NCBI GenBank assembly: GCA_949296475.1 | Contig: CASFOK010000002.1 | Span: 10,660 to 74,659, forward strand | Source of the DNA: an uncultured Pseudomonadota bacterium | GTDB taxonomy: Bacteria > Pseudomonadota > Alphaproteobacteria > Rs-D84 | Reading direction: 5' to 3' | DNA length: 64,000 nucleotides | In this document: positions 30,194 to 39,358 of the stretch, in pieces | How the letters are laid out: each line of letters starts with the position of its first letter | Position numbering within the stretch: position 1 is the first letter of the stretch | The notes under the pieces: model-generated | What the model saw: only the letters and a program-made list of their open reading frames with translations | Told to the model about the DNA's origin: nothing | Database searches by the model: none | Translations under genes and position numbers: made by a program

Positions 30194-30219
30194 TTATGGT
30201 TAATTCACCAGATTAATGA

Positions 30220-30648
30220 TTAATTTTTCTTTTGTTTATCTTCGTACAATTTTGCAAAGTCAACTGGCTGCATTACAAAAGTTGGGAATCCAGACTCACT
30301 TGTTAATCTAGAAACCAGCGCACGAACTGCCGGGAATAATAACGTAGGTACATCTATTAATAAAGTACGTTTTTTAGCATCTTCATCTTTTTCTTCTTCC
30401 ATTTGAACCAAACCAGAATAAGTAGACTCAATCAAGAATATAGACTTTTCACCTGCTTCTAATTTAGAGTGAACTTTTGTAATCAAATCAACCATAAACA
30501 GGTTGTTTTCCGCACCCTTTATTTGAATATCTATGTTTATTTCTATTTTCGCCTGCCCGTTGTCTTGTTTAAAAAACAATTCTGGTACATTTGGACTTTC
30601 AAAAGAAATGTCTTTTAAGAACTGAGATATGATTTTAAAATTTGCCAT
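30220..30648 (-). CDS. secB: Protein-export chaperone SecB
   Basis: MANFKIISQFLKDISFESPNVPELFF and an acidic C-terminus. The ATG at 30648 has AAGGAG upstream. Confidence 0.85.
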   Translation of the reverse strand: MANFKIISQFLKDISFESPNVPELFFKQDNGQAKIEINIDIQIKGAENNLFMVDLITKVHSKLEAGEKSIFLIESTYSGLVQMEEEKDEDAKKRTLLIDVPTLLFPAVRALVSRLTSESGFPTFVMQPVDFAKLYEDKQKKN

Positions 30649-30756
30649 TATTTTTACTCCTTTTTGGCGGGATAAAAACCCATCTGGACTTAACACCCCA
30701 TTTTATGGTAATATAGCATTATAAATCTAATTTTACAAGTGGGGGGATTTAATAAA

Positions 30757-31860
30757 ATGTCTTATTCAATTACAAGGGGTATTATACGTAGTTTTATCGG
30801 TATTTTTTGCGCGTTTACTTTGGCATCTTGCGATCTTTCAACGCCAACGCACCAAGGTGACAACTCTGTAATCCCAAGTAATCTAAGAAAAGTCTCTTAC
30901 AACGACCTACCCGGTTGGGACAACGATGATGTAAGGTATGCATTGCAGGCATTCCGTAACTCCTGCAAAGCGAAAATACAATATACAGGAAAAGTAATTC
31001 CAGACAGGGCCTTATTTGAAGAAAAATGTCAAATGCTGCCCAGTGCCAGCGCAGACATAGCAACCGTTCGTGCATGGTTTGAATCTAACTTCCAGCCTTA
31101 TCAAGTATATGATGACAATGGCGGAAAACGCGGAACTTATACCGGATACTATTCCCCGATTATCCCTGCGTGCAGAACGAAAACTGCACAATGTAACGAA
31201 CCATTGATGGGCGTTCCCACAGACGGCAGGAACTACAAGGGCGTTGATAAAAAAACTATTGTTAACAACAAAATCGGACGCGTTTTATATTGGGCCAACA
31301 TAGTTGACGTTCAAAACATACAAATCCAGGGCAGCGGTATGCTACAACTAGAAGACGGTAAGATGGTAAAATTAAACTTTGCCGCCGTGAACGATATGCC
31401 TTTCAAATCTATTGGTGAACAATTGCGCAGTCGTGGCATCAGACCAGAAGGCGGATATTCAGCAGACGCCGTGTGGCAACATCTAAAAAAGAATCCATCA
31501 CTTGCCAAGGAAGTAATTTATAACAACCCAAGATATGTATATTTTTATGAATCCGTTCCACCAGATGTAATCGGAAAACTTGGCACGCCGCTTTCAAAGA
31601 TTCGTTCTATTGCGATGGACGACGACATTTACACATTGGGTATGCCTGTATACATTGACACAAACTTATCTGACGGTCGCAGATTCAGCCGCCTGATGAT
31701 AGCCCAAGACACAGGTAGTGCGATTCGTGGCTGGATACGTGCAGACATATTCTTTGGCAAGGGTGACGAAGCATATAAATTCGCCCACGGTCAACATTCC
31801 CAAGGTCAAATGTTTATTCTGATGCCAAAGGAATACACATATGTCAAACCAAGCAAATAA
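30757..31860 (+). CDS. mltA: Membrane-bound lytic murein transglycosylase A
   Basis: Lipobox LASC, MltA domain, and 3D domain (AQDTGSAIRG..RADIFFG). The ATG at 30757 is preferred over the GTG at 30739. Confidence 0.85.
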   Translation: MSYSITRGIIRSFIGIFCAFTLASCDLSTPTHQGDNSVIPSNLRKVSYNDLPGWDNDDVRYALQAFRNSCKAKIQYTGKVIPDRALFEEKCQMLPSASADIATVRAWFESNFQPYQVYDDNGGKRGTYTGYYSPIIPACRTKTAQCNEPLMGVPTDGRNYKGVDKKTIVNNKIGRVLYWANIVDVQNIQIQGSGMLQLEDGKMVKLNFAAVNDMPFKSIGEQLRSRGIRPEGGYSADAVWQHLKKNPSLAKEVIYNNPRYVYFYESVPPDVIGKLGTPLSKIRSIAMDDDIYTLGMPVYIDTNLSDGRRFSRLMIAQDTGSAIRGWIRADIFFGKGDEAYKFAHGQHSQGQMFILMPKEYTYVKPSK

Positions 31861-32170
31861 ATTTAACGAACGTCTTTCGCGCCCGCAAACAATTGCGGGT
31901 GCCATTGGCGGTCTTTTAAAAAAGTTTGGAATTCGTGCATCAGATGCCGATTTAATATCCAGATGGTCAGAAATTATGGGGCCTGAAGTATCGGGCGTTG
32001 CAAGAATTATCGCAATAAAGAAAACAAAAGATAATAAATTTAATATTATAATAAAACCGGTAAATCCTGCATATGCCCTGGAATTGTCTTATATGACGGC
32101 AGAAATACAAACAAAAATAAACAAATATTTTGGTCGTGATGCTGTACAAAAAATAACAATCAGAAAATAA
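31841..32170 (+). CDS. DUF721-like small protein
   Basis: 109 aa whose size and pattern (IAGAIGGLLKKFGI...WSEIMG) are typical of DUF721. Overlaps the mltA end by 20 nt. Confidence 0.55.
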   Translation: MSNQANKFNERLSRPQTIAGAIGGLLKKFGIRASDADLISRWSEIMGPEVSGVARIIAIKKTKDNKFNIIIKPVNPAYALELSYMTAEIQTKINKYFGRDAVQKITIRK

Positions 32171-32196
32171 AAACGGCGCTTGCCGTTTTTATTTTT
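32169..32196. terminator. Bidirectional intrinsic terminator
   Basis: aaacggc-gctt-gccgttttt between convergent genes. Confidence 0.75.
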
Positions 32197-32476
32197 ACCT
32201 TCTAAGCATTTTTCTTTCCCACCAAATTGCGATTCCAGGTATCAAGAAAAATACAATCCCAGCCAATTTCCAAATTGCCAAGAAACTTATTGCAGATATA
32301 TATAAATATTGCAAAGAAATCCCCGTTATCTTTACAGCCAAGAACATAAAATCCGGACACATTGTTAACAACCAAACTAAAAACACCAACACAAGATTGA
32401 TTACAAAAGCCCTAAAACATACGCGTTGTTTTGACAACAAATGCGCATCATATAAATCAATAGATTCTTTTTTCAT
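32195..32476 (-). CDS. Small hypothetical membrane protein
   Basis: Three hydrophobic segments. The ATG at 32476 has AAGGGAAA upstream. Confidence 0.5.
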   Translation of the reverse strand: MKKESIDLYDAHLLSKQRVCFRAFVINLVLVFLVWLLTMCPDFMFLAVKITGISLQYLYISAISFLAIWKLAGIVFFLIPGIAIWWERKMLRR

Positions 32477-32523
32477 GATTTCCCTTTTTGCTGCATATAG
32501 ATTATAGCACAACATTGCCAATA

Positions 32524-33003
32524 TTATAAATTGAATTTGCTCATATTAGAGTGCGCCAATGCAATCGCAATAGCATCACTTTCATCAGGCGTTTTTGGTT
32601 GTGCAGCCGGTAATAACATGCGCACCATTTTATATACTTGGTCTTTATCGGCGTGTCCGGCCGACGTCAACGCCTTTTTGATTTTATTAGGTTCGTATTC
32701 AAATATGGGAATATTTTTATCCGCAACGGCAACAATAGCAGCCGCCCTGGCATGTCCCAAGGTCAATGTGGTTTGCGGATTTTTGTTTACAAAGGTTATT
32801 TCTATACTGCATTCATCAGGTTGAAAATTTTCACAAATTATAGAAACCTGGCGAAAAATATACACCAGTCTATTAGACAAGGTTTCAGATTTATTTGGCA
32901 GAACAACGCCACTGGCGATATATTTACGATTTGAACCTGTGCTTTCTATTATCGCCCAACCTGTATGTAACAAACCTGGGTCAATACCAATTATACGCGT
33001 CAT
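32524..33003 (-). CDS. ruvC: Holliday junction resolvase RuvC
   Basis: MTRIIGIDPG and a C-terminal DESDAIAIAL. Confidence 0.93.
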   Translation of the reverse strand: MTRIIGIDPGLLHTGWAIIESTGSNRKYIASGVVLPNKSETLSNRLVYIFRQVSIICENFQPDECSIEITFVNKNPQTTLTLGHARAAAIVAVADKNIPIFEYEPNKIKKALTSAGHADKDQVYKMVRMLLPAAQPKTPDESDAIAIALAHSNMSKFNL

Positions 33004-33031
33004 GATTAGTCCTTTCATCAGAATTATACAA

Positions 33032-33061
33032 CAAAAAATGTCGCATTTGCGACATTTTTTA
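33032..33061. terminator. Hairpin between yebC and ruvC
   Basis: aaaaaatgtcgca-tt-tgcgacatttttt. Confidence 0.65.
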
Positions 33062-33077
33062 CATATCGTATAAAACC

Positions 33078-33794
33078 TTATGCAGCAGCGGTAAACACCT
33101 TTTGAACGTCATCATTATCATCCAAAGCGTCTACTAATTTTTCTATTTTTGCATATGTTTCATCATCCAGATCCATAGGCATATTTGGTAACCATGTTAA
33201 TTCTGCGCTTTCTGGTTCGCCCAATTTATCACTTAACGCCTTTTGCACATTCATAAAATCATCCGGTTTTGTTGTTATTATAAACCCCTCATCAGAAGTT
33301 TCTAAATTATCTGCATTTGCGTCCATTATGATTTCCATCATCTCATCTTCGGTTTTGCCGATAGATGCGGGATAGAAAATCTGCCCTGCACGAGTGAACA
33401 TAAAAACAACGCTACCCTCTTCCCCCATGTTACCGCCATTCTTAGCAAAGATATTGCGAATTTCCGGCACTGTACGACGTGGGTTATCGGTCAAGGCCTC
33501 TACAATTACGGGGACGGCGCCCGGTCCATAACCTTCATATCGCACTGCGACATAGTTTTCTGTATTAGATCCAGATGCTTTTTCTATTGCGCGCTTTATA
33601 TTATCGTTTGGCATAGAATTTTTACGTGCATTCAAAACTGCCAAACGTAACCGAGGATTATTATCAGGATTCTTATCGCCTAACTTTGCCGCCATTGTAA
33701 TTTCACGCGCCAGTTTAGTAAACAAACCGCTACGCGCCGCATCATTCGCACCCTTTTTGTGCTGAATATTATGCCATTTGCTGTGTCCACTCAT
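33078..33794 (-). CDS. yebC: YebC/PmpR-family transcriptional regulator
   Basis: MSGHSKWHNIQHKKG and the rest of the family signature. Confidence 0.93.
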   Translation of the reverse strand: MSGHSKWHNIQHKKGANDAARSGLFTKLAREITMAAKLGDKNPDNNPRLRLAVLNARKNSMPNDNIKRAIEKASGSNTENYVAVRYEGYGPGAVPVIVEALTDNPRRTVPEIRNIFAKNGGNMGEEGSVVFMFTRAGQIFYPASIGKTEDEMMEIIMDANADNLETSDEGFIITTKPDDFMNVQKALSDKLGEPESAELTWLPNMPMDLDDETYAKIEKLVDALDDNDDVQKVFTAAA

Positions 33795-33844
33795 ACTTGA
33801 CCTTTTAATTTTATTAGATTAGAATTACTACAAAAGGATAACAA

Positions 33845-34426
33845 ATGATTGGTAAATTGCAAGGGGTTGTTGATTATGCTGGTGACGGCTTTATAATCTT
33901 GATGGTTCACGACGTTGGTTATAAAGTTTTTACCCCAGAATACTTAACACCAAAGTCCACCGTATCTTTATGGATAGAAACCGTTGTCCGCGAAGATTCT
34001 ATACGTTTATTTGGCTTTTCAACGCTTGCGGGACAAAGTTTATTCAATCAATTAACAGGCGTATCTGGCGTTGGTCCAAAGGTTGCCTTGGCAATCATGG
34101 GGACTGTTAAAACAGATACATTAATGTCTGCTATTGCAACAGGCGACGCAAAAACCATAGCAACAGCACCGGGCGTCGGTAAAAAGATGGCAGAAAAAAT
34201 AATATTGGAATTAAAGAACAAAATCGGTGGTTCATCATTTGATTTTGCCCAATCAAATTCTGATACCGTTTCCGCACTGCCAGATTTGCTGTCTGCGCTT
34301 GAATCATTGGGATACAGAAGATTGGATATAATAGACATGGCACAAAAATTGGTAAAAGAAAATCCATCCGCAGACGTTTCAAAATTGGTACCGATGGCAT
34401 TAAAAGAAATAAGTGGGAATAAGTAA
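33845..34426 (+). CDS. ruvA: Holliday junction branch migration complex subunit RuvA
   Basis: MIGKLQGVV..., HhH motifs (GVSGVGPKVALAI, APGVGKKMAEKI). Confidence 0.93.
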   Translation: MIGKLQGVVDYAGDGFIILMVHDVGYKVFTPEYLTPKSTVSLWIETVVREDSIRLFGFSTLAGQSLFNQLTGVSGVGPKVALAIMGTVKTDTLMSAIATGDAKTIATAPGVGKKMAEKIILELKNKIGGSSFDFAQSNSDTVSALPDLLSALESLGYRRLDIIDMAQKLVKENPSADVSKLVPMALKEISGNK

Positions 34427-35571
34427 TGAACAAAATCAAACAATTTTTATACGCGAAAGGCATTTTAACAAACGCCCCATATAAAAAAATAAACAGCATA
34501 AACAAACTGCTGAAATTGCCTTTTGAAAACACTCCAAATTATAAACGTGTTTATCATGTTGATTTGTCTGGACTGGACCTATCAAAAGAAAAAGACATGT
34601 TCACAGGTCCCCTGCCTAAAGACTACGTTTCACCAGAAGATACAGAAAAATTAAGAATTGTAACCAACTGGACAACAGATGTAATCTGGCCTGTGGCGGA
34701 TAAATTACCACCTGACTTTAATCCGATAAAAGAACTGGAATCCGCAAAAACACCAACAGACACTATTAAATTGCATAAATCCGGCAAAACTGGTAAAGGA
34801 ATATCAATTGCGATTATTGACCAGCGTTTAAATCTAGAACATCCAGAATATGCCGATAACATAAAATATTATTCTGTTTTTGGCCCATGGGATAAAAACG
34901 GAATTGATTATCATGGCAGTTTAGTTTCTGGTTGTGCCGTTGGTCACACAACAGGCACTGCCCCGGATGCAGACTTGTATTATTTTGCGGCTCCTATACT
35001 TGTGGATGGTAAACAAGACCGAAAATATATAAATGAAGCAATCAGAAAATTATTAGAAACAAACAAAGCATTGCCTGAAAATGATAAGATAAGATTTTTA
35101 TCCTGCAGTTGGGGGGGGCCAAAAGATAAAGGCGTAGATAAAACAAAAATGCTTTTTGATGAATGTGAAAAAAATGGAATTATGGTAATCGGTGGTTCAT
35201 ACAAAGAAATGTCAACGTATGTTCCATATGACAAAAGATATAAAAATAAAACAAATCGCATTGGAATTCCAACAGACGGGAAAACAACACCATTTTGGCA
35301 AGGGGGATATTATTATACGCGTCAAGGTGGTGCATCTTCCACATTTCCATACATTGCCGGGATTCTTGCATGTGCGACACAGGGGAATGCGCTGTTTTTC
35401 ACGCGTCAAAATTGGCCAGATGAGTTAAGAGATATAATAAAGCGAACCGCAACAAATTCGCCAGAACAGGGTTTAGTAATTAACCCTGATGGAATTGCGC
35501 AGGCAGTTGCAAAAATTACGAAAGAAATGGAAAAGCAGATAATAATAAACAAAAGTAAACAAAATGAATAA
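34426..35571 (+). CDS. S8 (subtilisin)-like serine peptidase homologue with no signal peptide
   Basis: Candidate triad: D in GISIAIIDQ, H in DYHGSLVSG, S in GGASSTFPYIAG. TAATG overlap with ruvA and an 8-nt overlap with mnmE. Confidence 0.6.
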   Translation: MNKIKQFLYAKGILTNAPYKKINSINKLLKLPFENTPNYKRVYHVDLSGLDLSKEKDMFTGPLPKDYVSPEDTEKLRIVTNWTTDVIWPVADKLPPDFNPIKELESAKTPTDTIKLHKSGKTGKGISIAIIDQRLNLEHPEYADNIKYYSVFGPWDKNGIDYHGSLVSGCAVGHTTGTAPDADLYYFAAPILVDGKQDRKYINEAIRKLLETNKALPENDKIRFLSCSWGGPKDKGVDKTKMLFDECEKNGIMVIGGSYKEMSTYVPYDKRYKNKTNRIGIPTDGKTTPFWQGGYYYTRQGGASSTFPYIAGILACATQGNALFFTRQNWPDELRDIIKRTATNSPEQGLVINPDGIAQAVAKITKEMEKQIIINKSKQNE

Positions 35572-36871
35572 TAACGATACAATTTTTGCTTTGTCCAGTG
35601 GGCATGGAAAATCCGGCGTTGCCGTTATAAGAATTAGCGGAACTGAGCTTGGTAATACATTTTCAAAATTTATAAATAAAACCGACTTTATAAATCGTCA
35701 CGCATATTTTACAAACCTACATGACACAAACAAAGATTTAATAGATCAGGTTATATGTCTTTATTTTCGTGCGCCCCACTCTTTCACTGGCGAAGATATA
35801 ATAGAAATTCATAGTCATGGCGCCCCGGCTGTCATAGAAAAAATATTTTCTTATTTAAGCGCGCTGGGTTTTCGTATGGCAGCGCCCGGTGAATTTTCAC
35901 GTCGTGCGTTTTATAACAACAAAATGAATCTTGCCGACGTTGACGGTCTTGCCGCTTTATTAGACGCCCAGACTGACGTTCAACGAAAAATCGCACTAAA
36001 ATCAATGATGGGCGGTGACAGTAAAATATATGATTCATGGCGTAATCAAATGATTGAAATTTCCGCATACGCAGCAGCAACACTTGATTATTCTGATGAC
36101 GAATTACCCGCGAATATAATTAACACCATTCGTACAAAAACAAAAAAATTACACACAGAAATACAAGACTCATTATCGCGCTATGCGGCGGTACGCGCTA
36201 TCCGCAGCGGTTTTAATATTGCGTTAGTTGGCGAAACAAACGTTGGAAAATCGTCTTTGTTTAATGCAATACTTGGCGCAAACAGAGCGATTGTTTCAGA
36301 CATCCCCGGGACAACACGCGATGTGGTATCTGCCGCAATAGATATAAATGGATATTTGGTAAATCTGTCAGATACTGCCGGTTTGCGTAAAACAGCAAAC
36401 AAAATTGAAAGAATCGGAATACAGCGCACAAAAACAGAAATTGAAAACGCCGATTTAATTTTACGAGTTTTAGACGGTTCAAAAGAAACGAAAATTCCGT
36501 CACTTTTAAATAACGAACTTTTGATAATAAATAAATCCGATATAACACAAGGTAAACAAATTCCGCAGGCAATCTATGTATCTGCAAAAACGGGCAAAGG
36601 TATTAACGAATTAATCATGATCATAAAAGAAAAAATAGCGACATTGACAGCAGGCACCGAATCATCGGTTGCAATAAACGCACGCACCCGTGTTTTATTA
36701 ACCGAAGCCTTGCAAGAGTTAAAATCTGCCCTGGACACATCCGATGATAATTATGACATATTTGCAGAACACGTCCACCGCGCTGCAGATAATATAGGAA
36801 AAATACTAGGCACGATAACAGCATCCGAAGTAATGGACGCTACATTTGCACAACTATGCTTGGGGAAATAA
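35564..36871 (+). CDS. mnmE: tRNA modification GTPase MnmE
   Basis: DTIFALSSG.GKSGVAVIRISG, G domain GETNVGKSSLFNA/DTAG, and C-terminal CLGK. Confidence 0.95.
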   Translation: MNNNDTIFALSSGHGKSGVAVIRISGTELGNTFSKFINKTDFINRHAYFTNLHDTNKDLIDQVICLYFRAPHSFTGEDIIEIHSHGAPAVIEKIFSYLSALGFRMAAPGEFSRRAFYNNKMNLADVDGLAALLDAQTDVQRKIALKSMMGGDSKIYDSWRNQMIEISAYAAATLDYSDDELPANIINTIRTKTKKLHTEIQDSLSRYAAVRAIRSGFNIALVGETNVGKSSLFNAILGANRAIVSDIPGTTRDVVSAAIDINGYLVNLSDTAGLRKTANKIERIGIQRTKTEIENADLILRVLDGSKETKIPSLLNNELLIINKSDITQGKQIPQAIYVSAKTGKGINELIMIIKEKIATLTAGTESSVAINARTRVLLTEALQELKSALDTSDDNYDIFAEHVHRAADNIGKILGTITASEVMDATFAQLCLGK

Positions 36872-36894
36872 TATAAATAATATCAAGACAATTA

Positions 36895-36926
36895 AAACAC
36901 CGCCAAAATGGCGGTGTTCTTTTTTG
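36895..36926. terminator. Bidirectional intrinsic terminator
   Basis: acaccgcc-aaaat-ggcggtgt followed by T run; A run upstream. Confidence 0.85.
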
Positions 36927-36937
36927 ATTCAAGAAAA

Positions 36938-38518
36938 TTACTCTTTTCTTATAGGATATTTACCATCAATTAAGTTTTGACGAACTATATGATGTTTTAC
37001 CTTTTGAGTGCTGGTCATCGGTAAATCTTCGGTCGTCATGGCAAAGTGTGTCACCCATTTATAAGACGCGACTTTCTTGTTTGCTTGCGCGATTGCCGCA
37101 GACAATTTTTCAAGCGTCATCGTTGGTTCAACACTAAATACACCATACGTGACCGTTTTATTTTTAACCTTGTGTTCAAAAACGGCAACGTTTTTAACGC
37201 CTGGTATTGTTATGAACAAGCCTTCTAATTCATCAGGATATACATTTTTTCCAGAATCTAAAACGATAACCTGCTTTTTGCGTCCTGCGAAATGCAATTC
37301 ACCGTTTTTATCCATAGAAACCATATCGCCTGTATTAAAGAAACCGCGTTCATCAAAAACTTCTTTATTTACTTCTGGGTTATTCAGATAACCGCCGAAA
37401 ACCTGATGCCCGCGCAACCATAATACCCCGACGCCATCTTCATTTTTATCACGAATCTCACATTCGTTATTCGTCGTCGGACCACCAAAGGCAAACGGCA
37501 AACGATTCTTTGTTGGTTTTGATATACAAATAGGACCAACACATTCCGTCAAGCCATATCCTTGTATAAACGTCAAACCAAGACGTTCATAGAAAGTTTC
37601 TACTTCTGGCTTTGTGGCGGCGCCGCCAGCAATCAGCAATTTAGCCCGCCCACCAAATACGGCCAATACTGGTTGTTGTACCTTGCGTACCAGCGCACCA
37701 AGTCCTATTTTCTTTAAGAAGTTTCCATATTTTAAAACTACTGATACCAGCCACCACTTACGTTGGGCTTTTATATTATCAATAATTTTATTTCTAAATA
37801 CTTCCCACAATCTTGGCACAGCGGGTATAACATGAGGTCTGTACGTTTGAAAATCGTCTAGTATTTCTTTCGGATTAACTGTCGGTTGCAACAACACCCC
37901 CGCCCCGTAATGCAACGTAGCCAACAATTCAACAGCAAAACCGAATATGTGATACATAGGCAGAAATCCGTACATGATAAACCCAGGTTGTATCCATTCA
38001 TGCATATCTTCTAAAGAGTTTGAACACTCTATCAAATTAAAGTGTGTCAGCGGCACAACCTTTGGTGTTCCCGTAGAGCCTGATGTAAACGACATCGTGG
38101 CAACATCCAAAGATTCTGTTGGCACTGGCTTTAAATCGGGATTTATCTTGCCATCTTTCTTCTTTATATCATAAAACTTAAATTTATCTGTTTTATAAAA
38201 GAAAGATTTTTCCGCACATACAATACGACAATTTGTTATGGTTGTCATATTATCGTATTCAAACGGTGTTAAATTTGTGTCCAGCAATAAAGCAATCCCC
38301 CCAAGATACCATATTGCGAACAACGTTATCGGGAATTCTGGAATATTATGTGCCAGCACACCAACAACATCGCCTTTTTTTACCCCTGACGCATCCAAAG
38401 ACGCCGCACGCGCCTTTACTAAATCAATAAATCCAGAAAAAGTGACGTTTTCGCGAACCAAGAACAAATTATCTGGCCAGGTTGAAGCGGCTCTTTCCAG
38501 TAACTGATACATATTCAT
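36938..38518 (-). CDS. AMP-dependent acyl-CoA synthetase/ligase (long-chain fatty-acid--CoA ligase-like)
   Basis: AMP-binding motif MSFTSGSTGTPKVVPLTH, plus GYGLTE and TGD..., GRKK. Confidence 0.85.
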   Translation of the reverse strand: MNMYQLLERAASTWPDNLFLVRENVTFSGFIDLVKARAASLDASGVKKGDVVGVLAHNIPEFPITLFAIWYLGGIALLLDTNLTPFEYDNMTTITNCRIVCAEKSFFYKTDKFKFYDIKKKDGKINPDLKPVPTESLDVATMSFTSGSTGTPKVVPLTHFNLIECSNSLEDMHEWIQPGFIMYGFLPMYHIFGFAVELLATLHYGAGVLLQPTVNPKEILDDFQTYRPHVIPAVPRLWEVFRNKIIDNIKAQRKWWLVSVVLKYGNFLKKIGLGALVRKVQQPVLAVFGGRAKLLIAGGAATKPEVETFYERLGLTFIQGYGLTECVGPICISKPTKNRLPFAFGGPTTNNECEIRDKNEDGVGVLWLRGHQVFGGYLNNPEVNKEVFDERGFFNTGDMVSMDKNGELHFAGRKKQVIVLDSGKNVYPDELEGLFITIPGVKNVAVFEHKVKNKTVTYGVFSVEPTMTLEKLSAAIAQANKKVASYKWVTHFAMTTEDLPMTSTQKVKHHIVRQNLIDGKYPIRKE

Positions 38519-38587
38519 AATTAAAAATCCTTGTTGTTTTTATATTGGACAGGAATTATTATATCCACAAGGAGACAGATTGCAATC

Positions 38588-39358
38588 ATGAAAATACTGA
38601 CATTAAATATTAACTCTATTCGTGCCCACGCCGAAAGTTTTATGGAAATTCTTGGCCAAGGTAAATACGACACGGTTATGGTTCAAGAACTAAAAGTTGA
38701 AAACGCGGCATTTCCGCACAACTTATTTGATATGTACAACTATAATGTAAAAGTATTCGGTCAAAAAAGTTGGAATGGGGTTGCTACTTTTTCTAAAAAT
38801 TCTATTGAAGATACTACGATGGGCTTACCGACCTATCCCGATATAAACGCCCGATTTATAGAGTGCGTCATTGACGGCAGAATAAGACTTATAAATGTAT
38901 ACATGCCAAACGGTGACACAATAGATTCGCCAAAATTTCCTTATAAATTGGAATGGATGCGTGCTTTTACGCAATATATTAAGCAATATAAAGACTCGCC
39001 AGAGCCCGTCATAATCGGCGGTGATTTTAACGTTGCCATAGAAGATCGCGACGTCTGGAAGCCACAAAATTATATCGGCATAGCAATTGCCGCACCCCAA
39101 GCGCGCGAAATCATGAATCAATGGTTAAACGACGGTTGGACGGATGTATGGCGCACCCTGCACCCAGATACCGTTGATTTTACTTGGTACGGATATCGCG
39201 GCGGCGATACCATTGGTAAAAAACAAGGACTTCGTCTGGATTATTTCTTAGCCAACAAATCCGCTATGGCCTTGATAAAAAGTTGTGACATAGAAATGTC
39301 ACCAAGGTTGGCCACCAAACCAACCGACCATTGCGGTTTGGTCTTGGAATTAAACTAA
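38588..39358 (+). CDS. xth: Exodeoxyribonuclease III
   Basis: MKILTLNINSIRAH...VQELK...GGDFNV...DH. The ATG at 38588 gives the canonical N-terminus. Confidence 0.9.
   Translation: MKILTLNINSIRAHAESFMEILGQGKYDTVMVQELKVENAAFPHNLFDMYNYNVKVFGQKSWNGVATFSKNSIEDTTMGLPTYPDINARFIECVIDGRIRLINVYMPNGDTIDSPKFPYKLEWMRAFTQYIKQYKDSPEPVIIGGDFNVAIEDRDVWKPQNYIGIAIAAPQAREIMNQWLNDGWTDVWRTLHPDTVDFTWYGYRGGDTIGKKQGLRLDYFLANKSAMALIKSCDIEMSPRLATKPTDHCGLVLELN

Noticed and set aside
38531-38587. A 19-codon N-terminal extension of xth in the ORF track (MLFLYWTGIIISTRRQIAI)
   Set aside because: The canonical Xth N-terminus (MKILTLNINS) begins at the ATG at 38588. The extension is hydrophobic and has no counterpart in the family.
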